Below, one piece after another: positions 49,535 to 59,311 of a stretch of 64,000 bases of DNA. A program made the position numbers and the translations under genes. This stretch comes from an uncultured Verrucomicrobiae bacterium (GTDB taxonomy: Bacteria; Verrucomicrobiota; Verrucomicrobiia; Chthoniobacterales; JAFAMB01). The first letter of the stretch is position 1, and each line of letters starts with the position of its first letter. Below the pieces are notes generated by a model. The model saw only the letters and a list, made by a program, of their open reading frames with translations, had not been told where the DNA came from and did not search any database. Location of the stretch: contig CAWEXO010000013.1 in the NCBI GenBank assembly GCA_963813025.1, forward strand, positions 608,001-672,000, read 5' to 3'.

Positions 49535-50272
49535 ATGAAGACCCAATTCTGCATCATCGGAGCTACGCGCGGTACAGGCTTACTGATCACTCAGCAATTA
49601 TTGGAAGGCGGATCAAGTGTCCGGGTCGTCGCGCGCGATCCCGATAAGGCCAGCCGGCTCCTAGGTAATCGAGCGGATGTACGCCAGGGTGACGTGACTA
49701 ATGCTCGGTCGATTCGAGACGCTCTAGCCGAAGACTACCGGGCGATATTTTTCACTGTTGCTGCTACAGGTGGAATCGACGGGCGCGGCGCGTTCGGATC
49801 AAGGACCATGATCCGCAAGGTAACATACCAAGGGCTGCTGAACGTGGTTGATGCAGCGCGTTCAAGCGGTTTCGAAGGACGCATTATGCTCTCGTCGGTT
49901 GTGGGCGCAGACCGATCCTCGGTCGTGATTAGCATGCTTGATAAGATCAAATCGGGTCTGCAGCGGAACATAGTTGAAAGAGAACTCTATCTGCGAGCAA
50001 GTGGACTAGACTATACTATCGTGCGCGCGCCGATCCTCACAAACGCGCCGGCTGGCGGAGCTGATATCCGCATTGCTAGAGCAATTAACAAGTTAACAGC
50101 TGGACCAAAGATCTCGCGTGGCGATCTTGCTCGCGTATTGATCCTGGCGTCTCAACAGACCGTAGCCTCGCGTAAGACTTTTGACTTGTTTGCCGTCAAA
50201 GGCGTCGCCCCTTCCGATGAGCAGCTGCTTAAGCAGCTCGAAGAGGTACCGGCAGATACTGAACCGCGATAA
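49535..50272 (+). CDS. NAD(P)-binding atypical SDR (NmrA-like)
   Basis: IIGATRGTG, SGLDYTIVR and ISRGDLA. Confidence 0.85.
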   Translation: MKTQFCIIGATRGTGLLITQQLLEGGSSVRVVARDPDKASRLLGNRADVRQGDVTNARSIRDALAEDYRAIFFTVAATGGIDGRGAFGSRTMIRKVTYQGLLNVVDAARSSGFEGRIMLSSVVGADRSSVVISMLDKIKSGLQRNIVERELYLRASGLDYTIVRAPILTNAPAGGADIRIARAINKLTAGPKISRGDLARVLILASQQTVASRKTFDLFAVKGVAPSDEQLLKQLEEVPADTEPR

Positions 50273-50329
50273 AGCAGCGAAATATCTCGGTAATCAGGTT
50301 GCACAAGACCCCGCCAAAAGTACTACGCT

Positions 50330-50651
50330 GCTGCAGGGTTTTGAGCAGCGGCCTGGCTACAAATGCTGTCCAAATCTGGATCCAACTTCTCCGAAAAAGC
50401 TTTAGCGACGCTGTACGGTGGCATGCAGAAGATCAAACGCGCGACTTGTCCTTTTGTAAACCTGCCAGAGAAAGACTAGGCGGTAGGGCCAAGGCATTAC
50501 CTCTGCAATCGTGAGGCGATGCCAGTGGGTCGGGCCGGTGCTGATCGCCCAGGTCAAGTTCACCCGTCAGACCAGTGACGGCCAGCTACGTCAACCCGTG
50601 TTCCTCGGCCTGCGGACCGACAAAAAGGCGAAGGATGTCGTTCGCGAATAG
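50330..50651 (+). pseudogene. Second LigD C-terminal remnant
   Basis: DNA-level similarity to 45240-45521 (e.g. gacttgtccttttgta, ggcctgcg.accgacaaa). Confidence 0.75.
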
Positions 50652-51073
50652 ATCACGCCGAAATGAGCGTTGAAGAGCGGAAGGCGTCATAGAAGCCAAG
50701 TTGCGTGTGGCGAAACAAATGGCCGGGCCGCTCTGCCCTGCGCTACGACGGTGCCGACCTACTATGTTTCGCACGAAATCCTGGATGCCGCGCTTCGGAC
50801 GGAGATTCCCGATGACATGGTCTTCGACGCGATTCCGTCTCCGTTTGATGCTTCGTCTTCATGCTGCGAAAGGAACGGCGCAGCGGGCTTTGCAGCGCCG
50901 GCCCAAGCCATCTAGAGAACAGCGGAAGCGAAAATATTCTGTCGGGGCTTGCGCTGGCCGCAGCCGGTACAGGTTTTCGTTCTTGGAATCGTCACGTTCG
51001 AGTCGAGGCCAGCGCTGCAAAAAAACGTCGCGCTTGCTTAGAAATCGAGGCATAGGCAGGGAAGGAGACCAAG

Positions 51074-53011
51074 ATGAGTGGCAGAGACAGCGCGGCAATT
51101 GAGCCAACAATTAAGGCGATCGAAACTATGAGCGCACTTCGGGACTGGGCGTCGCTGAAGGACGACGCTAATGTGGGGCGGGTGCCGCTAGCACAGAGAA
51201 TCCCAGTCGATGGCAAAAGTTCATGGGCGGGGTTTGACATGGGACCCTGGCAGTATGATACCTGGTTTGACGAGAAGAGTCAGGGTGCGCATGGGCAGTC
51301 AGATGACGGCAATCGAACAGCAGCGAATGTGTACAACTTCAGTTTCTGGCAGCACCTGGATATCTTCTACTATTTTGGGCACCAGTTAGTAACGATCCCT
51401 CCCACTGTTTGGACCAACTCCGCACACAAGAATGGCGTGAGGTGCCTGGGTACGCTGAATTTGAACTGGAATGAGAGTGGCGGGAAGTTCACAGAAGCCG
51501 ACGTCGTGAATTTCCTCAGCAAAGAGCCAACGTCCCCTCAGCCGAAGCCAATTTATCTTGAAGAAGCTATAACAATACTAAAAGACATTGCCGATTACTA
51601 TAGATTTGATGGCTATCTGTTCAACTATGAAGAGTCGAATTTCACAATTGGAAACGGCATGCGGGAGATTATGTTGAACCTGAGAGACGCCGGGCTCACC
51701 GTAGTATGGTACGATTCACCCATCAGTAGCGAAATGGGAGATTACGACAACCGATTGACAGAACACGCATATCCGTTTTTCGAGGCCGCGGGTTATTTTC
51801 AAGCTAATTACGCGTGGGGGCCGGCGTATCCAGGCAGAAACAACTACCCTGAGCTTTCCTGGGAAGTGCTGAAACAGCATTTCTCAGAAAATGATGCTCT
51901 TGAGGCGCGCAATCGGGTCTGTATGATGATGGACTGTTATCGGGACACGCAGCCTTATCAAGGCTCCTTTTTCACTGCCCTTGCGCTCGCCGATGTCCCT
52001 GCAGGCCAACCACCGGGATACTACACAGCCTTGGGATCCTATGCACCCGATTGGGTCATGTACCACGGAATTGACTTAAACACCCAGAAACTGCCCTCCC
52101 GCGAGACCTTTCATTATAATGACCGGGCGTTCTGGGCGGGGACGACGAAGTTCTTCGTGGATTGGCCTAAGCCGGGAAAGAATCCAATCAAGCCCGAGGA
52201 ATGTATTGGTCATTACGTGAAAGAAAGGTCCGTCATCAGTTCCACTCCTTTCGTGACCTGGTTCAACGGTGGCGAAGGCGACTTTTACAATATCCGCGGC
52301 GAAAGGAAATCAATGGGACCATGGAATAACTTAAGTGACCAGAGCCTGTTGCCGACCTGGCGTTTCAACTTTTCCGGCGGCACGAGCGATACCAGGATAG
52401 ACGACACTGCCGTTGATTACGACGATGCGTTTACAGGCGGTTCGAGCCTGCGTATTTCATTCAAAGGCGTTAACCTCACTGATCCGATCACCATCTGGTT
52501 GTACAAGACTGAGATCATCCTTACGGCGACAAACATCCTGTCCCTCACCGTCAAGGGACAAGGCGTCGATGTGGCGCCGATCCTCGGGGATCATGAGCTA
52601 ACCAACCCGCAAGTAGTGCCGGTCACCAACGGCTGGAAACAGATGACCTATACCGTACCAGCGAGTCTGGAAGGCCAAACCCTGAGCGGCATCCACATTA
52701 GAGTGAAGCAGGCTTCTCCTGAGGGCGAGATCCGTTTGGGCGAATTAACCTTTCTGGACAGGGCTCAGGCTGTAAAGAAACCATGGACGAGGCCATTCCC
52801 GTCCGCCGACGTCTTGGATTGGAGCGATTCATTCGAGCCTTCTTCGCATTATCGAGTTTACGGAGTTCTGAACGAAGAAAAGTACCTCATCGGGATCGTT
52901 TATAACTCCGTCTACGTCACAGTTAGCAACGTGTTTAATTCGGACAAGAAAGGGTTTACCAGGTATATAGTTCAGGAGGTGAACGCCGCCGGAGACTTCG
53001 CGCCGATTTGA
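51074..53011 (+). CDS. Endo-beta-N-acetylglucosaminidase, GH85 family
   Basis: FSFWQ.LD.F.YF, IPP..W.N.AHKNGV..LGT, FDGYLFNYE, WYDS and PFVT.FN.G.G. Confidence 0.85.
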   Translation: MSGRDSAAIEPTIKAIETMSALRDWASLKDDANVGRVPLAQRIPVDGKSSWAGFDMGPWQYDTWFDEKSQGAHGQSDDGNRTAANVYNFSFWQHLDIFYYFGHQLVTIPPTVWTNSAHKNGVRCLGTLNLNWNESGGKFTEADVVNFLSKEPTSPQPKPIYLEEAITILKDIADYYRFDGYLFNYEESNFTIGNGMREIMLNLRDAGLTVVWYDSPISSEMGDYDNRLTEHAYPFFEAAGYFQANYAWGPAYPGRNNYPELSWEVLKQHFSENDALEARNRVCMMMDCYRDTQPYQGSFFTALALADVPAGQPPGYYTALGSYAPDWVMYHGIDLNTQKLPSRETFHYNDRAFWAGTTKFFVDWPKPGKNPIKPEECIGHYVKERSVISSTPFVTWFNGGEGDFYNIRGERKSMGPWNNLSDQSLLPTWRFNFSGGTSDTRIDDTAVDYDDAFTGGSSLRISFKGVNLTDPITIWLYKTEIILTATNILSLTVKGQGVDVAPILGDHELTNPQVVPVTNGWKQMTYTVPASLEGQTLSGIHIRVKQASPEGEIRLGELTFLDRAQAVKKPWTRPFPSADVLDWSDSFEPSSHYRVYGVLNEEKYLIGIVYNSVYVTVSNVFNSDKKGFTRYIVQEVNAAGDFAPI

Positions 53012-53049
53012 GTCTGTGCAACAGGTTCGACCTGGCCAGCCGGCGAACC

Positions 53050-53730
53050 GCATGGAAATCGATGAAACAGAACCCCCAGCGGCAACCAACTTCATTGAAC
53101 CCATGAAGGCGCTCCGAGTCCGGGAGTTGCCGGTCGGCAATCGGCTCTACGAACCGAAGTTCGATGGTTACCGGACGCTCGCCTTCAAATCTGGTAAAGA
53201 GGTGCGGCTCCTCTCTCGCAACCGAACGAACTTCAACGACAATTACCCCCAACTTATCGATGCCCTGAAAGTGATAACTGTAAAAAGCATGGTTATCGAC
53301 CGGCGAAACCGCTGCACTGGATCCGAACGGGAAGACGTCGTTCCAACTCTTGCAATCGTACGGCGGCGGGAAGCGAACCCCGTTGGTATACTACGTCTTC
53401 GACCTGCTCAATATAGAGGGAACTGATTTACGCTCTCGACCGCTCATCGAGCGAGGCAAGCTGTTAGCAAAGGTCTTAAAGAAAGCTTCGGACAATATGC
53501 GCTTCTCCGAGGAGCTGCAGGGAACGAAAGAAGAACTTCTCCAGCTCGCGCAACGATTCGGACTCGAAGGCCTGATCGCAAAAAAGCCGGACTCTCTCTA
53601 CGAGCCAGGCCGACGCAGCGGGGCCTGGGTCAAAGTCAAACTCACCCAGCAGCAGGAGTTCGTCATTGACGGCTACACGCCGCCCGAAGGCAGTCGCTTA
53701 TACTTCGGTTCGTTGCTCGTCGGCTACATA
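53050..53730 (+). pseudogene. LigD ligase domain remnant, frameshifted and truncated
   Basis: EPKFDGYR, LLSRN, YVFDLL, EGLIAKK..S.Y..G.RS..WVKVK and QEFVI. Confidence 0.85.
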
Positions 53731-53802
53731 TATGCGGGTGAGCGATGCCGTTGGGGTAGACTTCAACTCGACCTATCTGGATACAGCCCGGAGTATTTCA
53801 AC

Positions 53803-54858
53803 TCAATTGGCTGTCGTCGTTCTCGATCCGATCTGGTCGAATCCTTTGATGCGATAGATTATCACAGAGATCACCCAACTCAGCGCGAAGATCCCCACAG
53901 TCACGAAGCCCAAAGTGCAAAAATTTTCATTTAGGCTCCCGATCATATCCCAGAATCCTCCGGTCAGTTTTAGCTGATCCTTCAGGACTCCAAAGACTTC
54001 TATCCCGGCTACCAGCAGCGCCACAATTACTGAGACGAAGGTGATCGTGAGGTTGTAATACATTTTGCGAATTGGTTTCACGAATGCCCATCCGTACGCT
54101 CCAACCATTAGTATGCCATCTGTCGTATCGACCAGGGTCATTCCGGCCGTAAAAAGGATCGGAAAGACCGCCATCGCAATCACGGATAATCCTTTGGCTG
54201 CCGCCGCCGCAGAGATCCCAAGAAGGGCAACTTCCGTTGCCGTATCGAAACCGAGGCCGAACAAAAATCCAATCGGATACATGTGCCAAGGGCGAGAAAT
54301 AATCCGGAAGAGCGGACGGAAGATCCGGGCCGTCATGCCACCGCCTCCCATTAACATGTCGGCACTTTGATTGGTGTAACTTCCTCCCCTCCTTACGTCT
54401 CGGAAGTTTTGCCACAAGCCTCGAAGGACCACCATATTGACTAGAGCGATTGCAATCAGGAAAAAGGCTGAGACCGAGGTTCCGACGATTCCGCCAACGC
54501 TTTTAACGGCCTCGAACTGCGTCGCAACGACGGCCATGGTTAAGTAAACGACCAGGGATGCGATCACAACGATCGTTGAATGGCCAAGGGAAAAGAATAA
54601 GCCCACGGAGAGTGGGCGTTTACCATCCTGCATGAGCTTTCGCGTTACATTGTCGATCGCTGCGATGTGATCAGCGTCCACTGCATGCCGAAGACCAAAC
54701 GTGTAAGCCAGAAACGCGGTCCCGAGGAGAACTGGTTTATCATGGAACGCGAAAAAGGCCCAGACCCATGCACCTGCGTTGAAGCAAGCCAATAAACCAT
54801 AAAAGCCTAGCACCGAATTGTGAAGGGCACCGGAAACAAAGATCTGAAGTGTCTTCAT
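53803..54858 (-). CDS. HoxN/HupN/NixA family nickel/cobalt permease
   Basis: Signature RHAVDADHIAAID, FSLGHSTIV and LFGLGFDTATE. Confidence 0.95.
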   Translation of the reverse strand: MKTLQIFVSGALHNSVLGFYGLLACFNAGAWVWAFFAFHDKPVLLGTAFLAYTFGLRHAVDADHIAAIDNVTRKLMQDGKRPLSVGLFFSLGHSTIVVIASLVVYLTMAVVATQFEAVKSVGGIVGTSVSAFFLIAIALVNMVVLRGLWQNFRDVRRGGSYTNQSADMLMGGGGMTARIFRPLFRIISRPWHMYPIGFLFGLGFDTATEVALLGISAAAAAKGLSVIAMAVFPILFTAGMTLVDTTDGILMVGAYGWAFVKPIRKMYYNLTITFVSVIVALLVAGIEVFGVLKDQLKLTGGFWDMIGSLNENFCTLGFVTVGIFALSWVISVIIYRIKGFDQIGSRTTTAN

Positions 54859-54880
54859 TGATCGTGCCGCATTTCTCTCT

Positions 54881-55198
54881 CTAGCCCGAGCGCCAGTCCA
54901 CCGTCGTAACCTCACCCCCAATTATACTGGCGGTACCGCTCGGGTTGGGAGAGTGCAGCCAGATATCGTAGCCGCCTGCACGGAGCTTTGGGAAGACTGC
55001 AGCGAAGACTTGCCGGCCGTTAACCCGCCGTTCCAAGACCTCCACGTGGACTCGTATGGCGGCGCTGCCTAGCGGACTGACCTCGATTTCCTTACCTCGC
55101 AGCTCCGAGTCGGCATAGATGATCAGTGCTCCGATGTCCTGGCCGATGTCCAGCACCACGCTTTCGGGGTGGACCCGGTCATTTTTTTGCTCAGCCAT
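54881..55198 (-). CDS. Small conserved-looking beta-rich protein
   Basis: VVLDIG.DIGALIIY...EIEVSP...HVEVLER...AAVFP.L.AG.Y. Confidence 0.65.
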   Translation of the reverse strand: MAEQKNDRVHPESVVLDIGQDIGALIIYADSELRGKEIEVSPLGSAAIRVHVEVLERRVNGRQVFAAVFPKLRAGGYDIWLHSPNPSGTASIIGGEVTTVDWRSG

Positions 55199-55266
55199 TT
55201 GCCTTGGTATCCTTTCTGTCGCTCCTATCACGCAAGTTTTGAGCCGCCGTCCCATCCAAATTGGCA

Positions 55267-55317
55267 CTTGCTCGAACCGAAGCTGAGCGCGGGGCGCTTA
55301 GCTCCCGTTCGAGCAAG
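55267..55317. other. Strong intergenic hairpin (terminator or processing/stabilising stem)
   Basis: CTTGCTCGAAC...GTTCGAGCAAG enclosing a nested AGCTGAGCGC/GCGCTTAGCT stem, directly downstream of DUF4331. Confidence 0.6.
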
Positions 55318-55338
55318 CACAAGCCGGAAGGCGCCCCG

Positions 55339-56709
55339 TTAGGAGCTCGGGTTGTCGAACCCGTCGTATGGCACGCCCAGATAGGGAAAACTCGCTAAGA
55401 AGGGTGAATTGATCTTGCTCGGGCCCAGGCCATCCGTGACCAAGGACGCACTCGCGTCGGGGCTGAAGGAAGGGTCGACCAAAGGGATCGTGACGCCAGC
55501 TAGCGCGCGCAGCTCGATTGTGAACACGTCATCGAAGACCCGGCGCCCATTCGGAAACCCGGCGAGGTCGCGTCCCAAGATCCCTAGGACATTTGGGGCT
55601 GTCGCCGGTGGAATCGCCGTGTTCAGCCGTAGCAGATCCGCGAGCGTCTTGCCCGTGAAATTCTGGAAACCTGGAATGATCCCAGCCGGGATGCCGGTCA
55701 GAAAGATGGCAACCATGTCCGCTCGGGGTTTGGTATATGCGGCTAGGTTTGGAAATACCCCAGGATAAAAGATCGTCAGCCGAAGTGGGACTTCCTGGTG
55801 CTGCACAAAGCCGAGGAATTGCGAGTCGTCCTTGGGAGCCTGCGTGTTCCAAAAGTCCTTCTTCCCCAGCGGAATCATGACTTCGTTGAACAGGGGACTG
55901 CCGAGGCGCGAAACCTGTATCCATGGCCCGGCCTCCTGGATTTCCGCGTCATCGTTAAGGATCGTCGCCTTCCGGCGACTCGCTGAGGCGTACACGCCGA
56001 TGACTGAGCGCCGGTCGCTCGGATCACTGGGATAAGAGCCATCGCTCGTCAGCCGGTTTTTGGGCAACTGGAGGGCAATAGTGTGGATGTTCAGCCTGTT
56101 AGTCCCATTGACACCTGCGGCGGCGGGAAGCGGATTCACACGCAAATTCTGAAACGGTCGGAGGTCGAGGAGGTCGAAGACCGAACCCAGGTCTACATAG
56201 AAACCCTCGGCACGCTGTCCAGCAAACACTGTCTCGCCGGTGGGCAGACGGTGAACCGCCGCCTCAGCCAGCACGGCATAGTTGGGGGTAGAAAATGGGC
56301 CGATGTTGCAGGGCGGGGAGGCCAACCTCTCGGCCAAAACGGTCTTCTTACCGTGCTCCTCCATCCTGGTCACGGAATAGAACTGGCGTTTATTCCAATT
56401 CGGATCATGCAGGGAGCTGATCGGGCCAGTGTTGTAAAGAAAGGTGTCAGGATTGCGCAACTCGGTCCGGAATTGGAACTGGTAGGTGATATCGGCGTCG
56501 GCATCCCCGTCGTTGTCGACGTGGATCTCGTACAAAACATCGTCGCCGAACTCAAAGAAGTTCGGTCCGCCTGCTGGCCCCTCCAAAGGAATATAATTCA
56601 TGATGAGGGTAACCATGTTTGGATTGTCAGGACTGACAAACGCATAGACATCGGTGTTATCCGCCACCGGGTCCTTGGAAATCTCAGGGGCTTCACGATG
56701 GGATGACAT
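55339..56709 (-). CDS. DUF4331 family protein
   Basis: MSSHREAP, DNTDVYAFVSP, FAGQR..GFYVDLG, QVSRLG.PL.NE and GFPNGRR..DD. Confidence 0.9.
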   Translation of the reverse strand: MSSHREAPEISKDPVADNTDVYAFVSPDNPNMVTLIMNYIPLEGPAGGPNFFEFGDDVLYEIHVDNDGDADADITYQFQFRTELRNPDTFLYNTGPISSLHDPNWNKRQFYSVTRMEEHGKKTVLAERLASPPCNIGPFSTPNYAVLAEAAVHRLPTGETVFAGQRAEGFYVDLGSVFDLLDLRPFQNLRVNPLPAAAGVNGTNRLNIHTIALQLPKNRLTSDGSYPSDPSDRRSVIGVYASASRRKATILNDDAEIQEAGPWIQVSRLGSPLFNEVMIPLGKKDFWNTQAPKDDSQFLGFVQHQEVPLRLTIFYPGVFPNLAAYTKPRADMVAIFLTGIPAGIIPGFQNFTGKTLADLLRLNTAIPPATAPNVLGILGRDLAGFPNGRRVFDDVFTIELRALAGVTIPLVDPSFSPDASASLVTDGLGPSKINSPFLASFPYLGVPYDGFDNPSS

Positions 56710-56774
56710 ATGTGCAACTCTCCTTCGTACGGTCGTATTCTATCAAGAAGTCGTGCTGTGTTGTATATAGGGAT

Positions 56775-57062
56775 CTACTCAGCGCGCCCGCTCCAGCTTG
56801 CCGCTTTCATCAGTCGTGCGACAAGTTGGGGATCGCGGAAGACAATCTCACGGGATCCCAGAAGAAGAGCGACCTCGCCCGTGGCTACATCGCTCACATG
56901 TGCTATCAAGGGACCGCTAAACGCAGTGGCGGCCACCTCCGGTATTGTGTCTTGCGGCGATCCAGAAACGCCTGCCAAGGCAGGTAAAGAAGATAGCAAG
57001 CCGAGCGTCGCCGCGCCTACCGATGTCTGTTTGAGAAATGAACGTCGATCTAGATTCGTCAT
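56775..57062 (-). CDS. Small twin-arginine (Tat) signal protein
   Basis: LDRRSFLK followed by a hydrophobic segment. Confidence 0.75.
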   Translation of the reverse strand: MTNLDRRSFLKQTSVGAATLGLLSSLPALAGVSGSPQDTIPEVAATAFSGPLIAHVSDVATGEVALLLGSREIVFRDPQLVARLMKAASWSGRAE

Positions 57063-58325
57063 AGTATTTGCCCCTGCTATTTATTCGGCCGGGATGCGAC
57101 TTCGGATGCAACGCCCGTAAAGGGGCTGGCCGTAAGAAGCGGCAAGCCTGGAAACAGAGCTCTGTCTCGATGCATAAATCTGCTTGGAACTTTGCCGATT
57201 CCGCTAGCCGGAGTCCGCAGTCTCCTGACACGATGAACACATCGTGCTTGATCCGGCACTCATCGAATCACGTACCCTTCGCTAGCCGGCCCTGGAAGTG
57301 GCTGTTTTCAGACTGGGGACAGAACACTTGCTTGCGCTCCCGGGACGATTTTGTGATGCAACCGCTATCTCTAACCTCCTGCGCCATCAAATCGTTGGAC
57401 AGGCAGCCTGTCGGCTAACGACCTGCTGCGAGATTCTCAGAGTCGCCAGTAACATCCATGCCGCCGGAGCAGAGGGAACGCCTATGGTCAAAGACCGCTG
57501 GGCGACAATAGGAATGGACGCCTCGCCCTATTCTCTGTCAATAAGAACACTTGCTGTGCCGCACTTGTCGTCGTGGGTTAGCAGCGCCGGGTTCGGGCGC
57601 GGCGAGCGCGTCTCACCGGTTGGCGGGTCAGGCTGGTATCATGGCGTCGACACTTGCGCGCTGGCCTCGGCCCGGAGGTTCAACCAAAAACTTCTTCTTC
57701 AACAACTCCTCTGAGATTCAACGCTTCGACGTCACCGGGAGGTCGGCTGCACAGTCTTCCTGGAGCCCGTCCGGAGTGTCACATAGCCCGCAGGTGATGT
57801 TGAAGTTTTCATCGGCGAGCTTGCGAGCAACTTCGCCAGGCTTATTCGGCAGTTCAATGTGGACTAGTCGGCGACCACTGAAAAGAACATGGGGGTTGCA
57901 GAAGGCTTACCCCTTTCTAGCCACCCTTGCGCGTCGAACAGCCGGCCATTTCGAACCAGAGACGCAAGCTGCTTCAGTTCTTCAATCGAAGCTTCACTCC
58001 TCGATAAACTTCACACAACTACGGCAAACTCGTCTATGGCCAAACCGCACTCGGAAATCGCTCATTCTCGCTCGGTCAGACCCTCACCTTATCTGTGACA
58101 TGGGAGAAATCTCCGAGGCTGCGAAGGTAAAGCCGGGTACGCCTGCTTTGCTATATATGTTGCAGGCTCGGCGAGCTGGTGAGGTGTGCGGGAATGACCG
58201 TCGGGCATGTCCGGGGCGACGGTCTTCCTCCGGAAGTTCTCTACCCGACCAGGTGTTTTCGTGGGGGCGACGTTCGCTCCGGATCCGGGAAAGGCGATCT
58301 TTGATCTCGACCGGATTCGATGAGC

Positions 58326-59243
58326 TCAGCCAATCCGCGCCTGTTCGAACACGTGGACCAGCTCGCTATATCGGCGGGCGATTTCATTAACAGCTGCTTC
58401 ACGCGAAATCTTTTGCTCCCGCCACTCGATTAGCGGTTCCCAGAAAACGGTACGACCCACCGCAAAACCAATGAACCCGGGGACCTTGGCGGCTGTAATC
58501 AGCCATTCGTGCACTTTCTTGTCGTCCTCGCCTCGACCCAAAAGGATGGCTCCGACCTTGTCGCGTCCACCTCGATGAGCCGCCTGGACCACCCTCTCGC
58601 AATCTTCCACGCGATCGAGGCCCTCGATTTTCCACACATCGGCCTCAACTCCGGCATCCTGCAACTCTTCGATCGCATGGACCATCAGCCGAGGCCGGAT
58701 CTCGAGATCGTACCGCTTAACGTCGCCGTTGACTCGGTCGAGTTGAGCTTTCTCGGCGGGCACCAGCAGCTCGAACATAAACAGGCTTCGGCCCTTGCTG
58801 TGAAGGTAATCCCCCAGCTCCTTCAGCCGCGCCGCCTGTCGCTGGTTCAGGTCTGCCTCGCCCTCAGGATTATAGCGTACGAGGACTTTGCAGAAGGTTG
58901 GATCAAAGGCCTCAATATGTTTCCCAAAATCTTTGCCGTACTCAAAATCGAATTCATCTTGTCCACTCTTTTCGGCTGGGCAAGCGGTGGCAAAGCCTTC
59001 CGCCTTGGCATCATGCAGGATGGCTGCGCCGAACTGTTCATCGACCAGAATGCCGGTCTTTTCCTTGGGGATGCCGGCCGCTACGGCCACCTTGAAACCG
59101 TCATAAATCACCCGTTTCGTGGCGGCAATTTGCGCCGTCTGTTCTTCCGTTAACTTCCCTTTCCACCCGAACATTTTCGTTTGAAAAGATCCGCGGTGGT
59201 CGAATGGCTGAATATAAAGTGGCTTATCGTATCCGAGTTTCAT
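58326..59243 (-). CDS. DUF2090 family TIM-barrel aldolase-like protein
   Basis: PFDHR, KVLVRYNP, ADVWKIEG, LLGRG and GFAVGRTVF. Confidence 0.85.
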   Translation of the reverse strand: MKLGYDKPLYIQPFDHRGSFQTKMFGWKGKLTEEQTAQIAATKRVIYDGFKVAVAAGIPKEKTGILVDEQFGAAILHDAKAEGFATACPAEKSGQDEFDFEYGKDFGKHIEAFDPTFCKVLVRYNPEGEADLNQRQAARLKELGDYLHSKGRSLFMFELLVPAEKAQLDRVNGDVKRYDLEIRPRLMVHAIEELQDAGVEADVWKIEGLDRVEDCERVVQAAHRGGRDKVGAILLGRGEDDKKVHEWLITAAKVPGFIGFAVGRTVFWEPLIEWREQKISREAAVNEIARRYSELVHVFEQARIG

Positions 59244-59311
59244 GACTGTCCTCCAAAATGCTTTAACCGTTAGCAGAAGGAAAGCAGGGCAAAGATGTTA
59301 CGTCAAACCGA

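Noticed and set aside
57420..58320. Long plus-strand ORF 57551-58390 and a possible ACT-like remnant on the minus strand (ELPNKPGEVARKLADENFNI)
   Set aside because: The ORF has no recognisable motifs, and the remnant is too short and degraded to call.
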